Notes under the pieces: model-generated
Databases searched by the model: none
What the model saw: only the letters and a program-made list of their open reading frames with translations
Told to the model about the DNA's origin: nothing
Shown here: positions 60,673 through 64,000 of the stretch, piece by piece
Layout of the letters: every line of letters starts with the position of its first letter
Position numbering within the stretch: position 1 is the first letter of the stretch
Translations under genes and position numbers: made by a program
Source of the DNA: Thermoanaerobaculia bacterium
GTDB taxonomy: Bacteria > Acidobacteriota > Thermoanaerobaculia > Multivoradales > JBCCEF01
Assembly (NCBI GenBank): GCA_036259255.1
Contig: DATACC010000228.1
Coordinates: 592-64,591 of the forward strand
Length of the DNA: 64,000 nt
Direction of reading: 5' to 3'

Positions 60673-60818
60673 GCCGACGGCGCCGAACGATCGCCGGGAT
60701 CAGCGCCCGCCGGCGGCGGGCGCCTCCCGGCTCCGCTTTCATCGCGCAGAACATCTCCCGGTCCAACGGACCGGTTCGAGAATCGGCTCCCACAGGCCCC
60801 CGCGAATCTCCTGGGCCC

Positions 60819-61514
60819 CTACTCCTGGTTCCACTCCTCGAGGCATTCCGGGTTGTCGTTGGCGGGGCTGTTGACGCGGCGGCTGACGCGGCGCAGCGCC
60901 AGGGAGGCCGGCTCGCGGGCGAGGACGGCCTCCAGCGGCTCGCGCTCGCCGACGGCGGGGTCGAGCCACAGCGGCCAGTCCTCGCGGGCGAGCACCACCG
61001 GCATGCGGTGGTGGATCTCGGCCGCCGCGCCGGTGGCGTCGCGGGTGAGGATGGTGAAGGTCTCCAGCGGCTCGCCGCCCTTCGCCCAGCGCGACCACAA
61101 GCCGGCGAAGGCCACCGGTGCCCCGTCGTCGCGGTGGATCCAGTACGGCTGCTTGCCTCCGCCCTCCTTCTTCCACTCGTAGAAGCCGTCCGCCACCACC
61201 AGGCAGCGCTGTCGCCGGAAGCTGCTGCGGTAGGCGGGCTTCGTGGCCACCGTCTCGGCACGGGCGTTGATCATCCGGTTGCCGATCGAGGGATCCTCGG
61301 CCCAGTAGGGCACCAGGCCCCAGCGCAGCAGGTCGAGGCGGCGGGGCCCGGTGGCCTCTTCGGCCGCGGGGGTCACCTCCTCGACGACCCGCACCACCGG
61401 CGCGACCTGGGTCGGAGCGATGTTGAATCGCGGCACGAGCTGCGGCACCTCCGCCAGCTCGAAGAGATCCGCCAGCACCTCGCCGGGCGTGGTCAGCGTG
61501 TAGCGCCCGCACAT
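60819..61514 (-). CDS. SOS-response-associated peptidase (SRAP/YedK, abasic-site crosslinking)
   Basis: MCGRY N-terminus (catalytic Cys2), conserved WGL.P.W and H motifs; GGAGG RBS. Confidence 0.85.
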   Translation of the reverse strand: MCGRYTLTTPGEVLADLFELAEVPQLVPRFNIAPTQVAPVVRVVEEVTPAAEEATGPRRLDLLRWGLVPYWAEDPSIGNRMINARAETVATKPAYRSSFRRQRCLVVADGFYEWKKEGGGKQPYWIHRDDGAPVAFAGLWSRWAKGGEPLETFTILTRDATGAAAEIHHRMPVVLAREDWPLWLDPAVGEREPLEAVLAREPASLALRRVSRRVNSPANDNPECLEEWNQE

Positions 61515-61761
61515 CGGTTCAGCCCTCCTCGTTCGCTGCTGCCGTCGTCGATCCTGCCGCGGCGAACGCCCTCCGGACGGTCCGCCGCCGCAGCGCCTCG
61601 GCCGCTTCCGCCGCGACCCGCATAGCAGGCTCTTGCGCTCCAGCCGCGAGAGCCGCCGGCTCGGGCCGCGATCTTTACAGACTTCGATCAGGACGACCCG
61701 CTCCACCTGCCGGGTGGCGCCGTCGGCGAAACGTCCTCGGTGGCGCCGGTCGCGGCGCCGC

Positions 61762-63096
61762 TCAGGCGGGCGGTGCGTCCCAGCGCCCGGCCACCGCCGA
61801 CGCCGTCACGGCCGCGTTGCCGGCGCCGAAGAGGAACGCCGCGGCCAGCGTCCCGGCGTCCGCCCTGGCAAGGCTCGGATGGTCGAGGTCGAGCAGGGCG
61901 AAATCCGCCCAGTGCCCCGGCACCAGGTCGCCCGCCGGCAAGCCCAGCGCCCGCGCTCCGCCCCGCGTGGCCGCCGCCATCAGCACCGGCGCCACCCGCC
62001 CGTTCGCGTCGCGCAGGGCGCCGCGGCGTTCGCCGGCCAGGCGCTGGCCGTACTCGAGCCAGCGCGCCTCCTCGGCCATCGAGATGCGGGCGTTCGAATC
62101 GGTGCCGAGGCAGAGGTGGAGGCCGGGCGCGGCGTCGAGTGCCGGCAGGCCATCGCCCAGGTTCGCCTCGGTCAGCGGGCACAGGCAGGCGTTGGCGCCG
62201 GTGGCGGCGAAGCGGGCCAGATCGGCGGCCGAGGTGTGGGTGCAATGGACCGCGGTCAGCTCCGGCCCCACCGCCAGCTCGTCGAGCAGCAGTGCCATCG
62301 GCCGCCGGCCGTAGGCCGCCTCGATCTCCTCGATCTCGCGGCGCTGCTCCTCGAGGTGGAGGTGGAACACCAGGCCGCGGCGGCGCGCCTCGCGGTGCAG
62401 GGCGGCCACCGTCTCCGGTGGCGCGGCCCGCAGGCTGTGAGCGACGGCGCCCAGGGTCTGGGTGCCGTCGGCCCCGAGGCGGCCGGCGAGGTGGTCCATC
62501 TGGCGCCAGTACTGCTGAGGCGACGCGCAGGCGAAGCGGCGCTGGCCGCCGGCCAGCGGCTGGCCGGGCCCGCCCGTCTCGTAGTACGCCTGGAGCAGCA
62601 CGATGCGGATCGGTGCCGCGGCGGCGGCGGCCAGCACCACCTCGTCGAAGCGGAAGTCGGCCCGCTCCGGATTCTCGTGGTGGAGGTAGTGGAACTCGCC
62701 CACCGCGGTGATGCCGGCGGCGCGCATTTCGCGGAACGCCCGCAGCGACAGGTCGTGGAGAGCGGCGGCGTCGAGGCCCTCGACCAGGGCGTACATCTCC
62801 TCGCGCCACGTCCAGAAGCTCCCCGCCCCGGCCGGGAAGCTCTCGCCGCGGCCGCGCAGGCCACGCTGGAAGGCGTGGGAGTGGGCATCGACGAAGCCGG
62901 GCAGCAGGGCGCGCCGGGGCAGCCGGGTCACGGCGCGGCCCGCCGGGGGCCGCTCGCCGCGCAGCACCCGGACGATGCGACCGTCGGTGCCGACCTCCAC
63001 CAACACGTCCGGCGCGAACCGTTCCCCGGTCCAGGTGAGCTCGGCGGCGAGGACGCCCGGCACCGGCGGGACGTTCGGCGCGTGCGCCGCCGTCAC
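61762..63096 (-). CDS. Amidohydrolase-1 family deaminase (formimidoylglutamate deiminase / guanine-deaminase-like)
   Basis: PGFVDAHSHAFQ metal-binding HxH, HLHLEE, CTH motifs; GTG start overlapping upstream TGA. Confidence 0.75.
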   Translation of the reverse strand: MTAAHAPNVPPVPGVLAAELTWTGERFAPDVLVEVGTDGRIVRVLRGERPPAGRAVTRLPRRALLPGFVDAHSHAFQRGLRGRGESFPAGAGSFWTWREEMYALVEGLDAAALHDLSLRAFREMRAAGITAVGEFHYLHHENPERADFRFDEVVLAAAAAAPIRIVLLQAYYETGGPGQPLAGGQRRFACASPQQYWRQMDHLAGRLGADGTQTLGAVAHSLRAAPPETVAALHREARRRGLVFHLHLEEQRREIEEIEAAYGRRPMALLLDELAVGPELTAVHCTHTSAADLARFAATGANACLCPLTEANLGDGLPALDAAPGLHLCLGTDSNARISMAEEARWLEYGQRLAGERRGALRDANGRVAPVLMAAATRGGARALGLPAGDLVPGHWADFALLDLDHPSLARADAGTLAAAFLFGAGNAAVTASAVAGRWDAPPA

Positions 63097-64000
63097 GCGG
63101 CGCCCTCGACGCAGAACCGCTCCACCAGCCCCGCCAGGTGCCGCCGCGCCGCCACGAGGTCGGCCTTCGGCACGAACTCGTCGGGGCGGTGGGCCACCTC
63201 GATGGAACCCGGACCGAAGATCACGCACTCGAGGCCGAGGCGCGCCAGCCAGCCGGCGTCCGTGGCGAAGGCCACGCTCTCGTCGCCCTGCTGGTCGAGG
63301 GCGGCGGCCAGGTGGTGGTGGAGCACCGAGGCGGCGGGGGTCTCCAGCGGCGGGCTCTCGGAGAGGATCTCGGTGCTCATCGGCACGGGGTCGCCGTGCT
63401 CGGGGGCGGCGGCGGCGTGCTCGGCGGCCTGCCGCACGCGGCGCTCCAGCGCCTCGGCGTCCGCCCCGGGCAGCGTGCGCACACCCACCTCCACCACGCA
63501 GCGCTCGGGCACCACGTTGACGGCGGTGCCGCCGCGCACCGTGCCGACGTTGAGGGCGACGTAGGGCACGTCGGGGAACAGCGCGCCGAGGGCCGGCGAC
63601 TCGGCCTCGAGCTCGCGCCGCAGCCGCGCCAGCGCCTCGATCGCCCGGCCGCCGCCCTCGATGGCGTTGCGGCCGAGGTGGGGATAACCGCTGTGGGCGC
63701 TCTGGCCGTGGAAGGTCAGGCGCAGCTTGAGGTGCCCCTTGTGCAGCCGCACGGCGGCCAGGCGCGTCGGCTCGCCGATCACCGCCGCGCGCGGCAGCGG
63801 CCCGATCTCCGGCTCCACCGTGTCCCAGCTCTCGGCCAGCCGCCGCGCGCCCAGGGTGCCCACCTCCTCGTCGTAGGTGAAGACGAGCACCAACGGAGCG
63901 GCGAGCCGCCCCGGGTCCACCTCGCGGGCGAGGTTGGTGGCGAGCGCCAGGAATCCCTTCATGTCGGCGCTGCCGCGGCCGACGAAGCGATCGCCGCGGT
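63093..64000 (-). CDS. M20-family metallopeptidase/deacylase (ArgE/DapE-like), N-terminus beyond window end
   Basis: ADMKGFLA, GHSAHSGYPHLGRNAI, dimerisation domain; reading frame continues past 64000. Confidence 0.8.
   Translation of the reverse strand, partial: RGDRFVGRGSADMKGFLALATNLAREVDPGRLAAPLVLVFTYDEEVGTLGARRLAESWDTVEPEIGPLPRAAVIGEPTRLAAVRLHKGHLKLRLTFHGQSAHSGYPHLGRNAIEGGGRAIEALARLRRELEAESPALGALFPDVPYVALNVGTVRGGTAVNVVPERCVVEVGVRTLPGADAEALERRVRQAAEHAAAAPEHGDPVPMSTEILSESPPLETPAASVLHHHLAAALDQQGDESVAFATDAGWLARLGLECVIFGPGSIEVAHRPDEFVPKADLVAARRHLAGLVERFCVEGAA

Overview
High-GC (about 70%) bacterial chromosomal window with genes packed on both strands (about 60 CDS). Recognisable genes: a partial DsbD-N-like secreted protein, fpg/mutM, a MiaB/MtaB-family methylthiotransferase, a small cytochrome c, a peptidase S51 plus beta-lactamase-family hydrolase pair, a large secreted protein with carboxypeptidase-regulatory-like repeats, a ClC channel with CBS and TrkA-C domains, carB, a selenocysteine-containing NAD-linked formate dehydrogenase (fused NuoE/NuoF-like subunit plus FdhA with an in-frame UGA and a SECIS-like hairpin), fumC, a Ser/Thr kinase, an ECF sigma/anti-sigma/TPR-CHAT protease operon, DinB (pol IV) coupled to a cysteine-dioxygenase-like cupin, an AI-2E transporter, an Hsp15-like S4 protein, an ABC-2/GldG-like/DUF4340 transporter operon, a methylmalonyl-CoA-mutase-family large subunit without a B12 domain, a YVTN beta-propeller, a SMUG-type UDG, sfsA, a ROK kinase, a Tat-exported three-subunit molybdenum hydroxylase, a CheY-like response regulator, an HPF-cold-shock fusion, SRAP/YedK, an amidohydrolase and a partial M20 peptidase. 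The outstanding accessory element is a 3.4 kb low-GC (about 52-58%) island inserted between carB and a DinB-family gene. It carries a 753-aa MORC-like GHKL ATPase plus an alpha-type DNA methyltransferase, a candidate unclassified restriction-modification-like defence module. Other signals not explained by the ORF track: a disrupted Cys-rich secreted-peptide locus with strong RBS and promoter upstream of the large secreted protein, decayed toxin-antitoxin fragments between fdhA and fumC, a 22-bp perfect inverted repeat element between convergent genes, tandem paralogs of unknown family, a voltage-sensor-like membrane protein carrying a 9-bp tandem repeat, and several small RBS-preceded ORFs. 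No rRNA, tRNA, CRISPR array, transposase or integrase was recognised.
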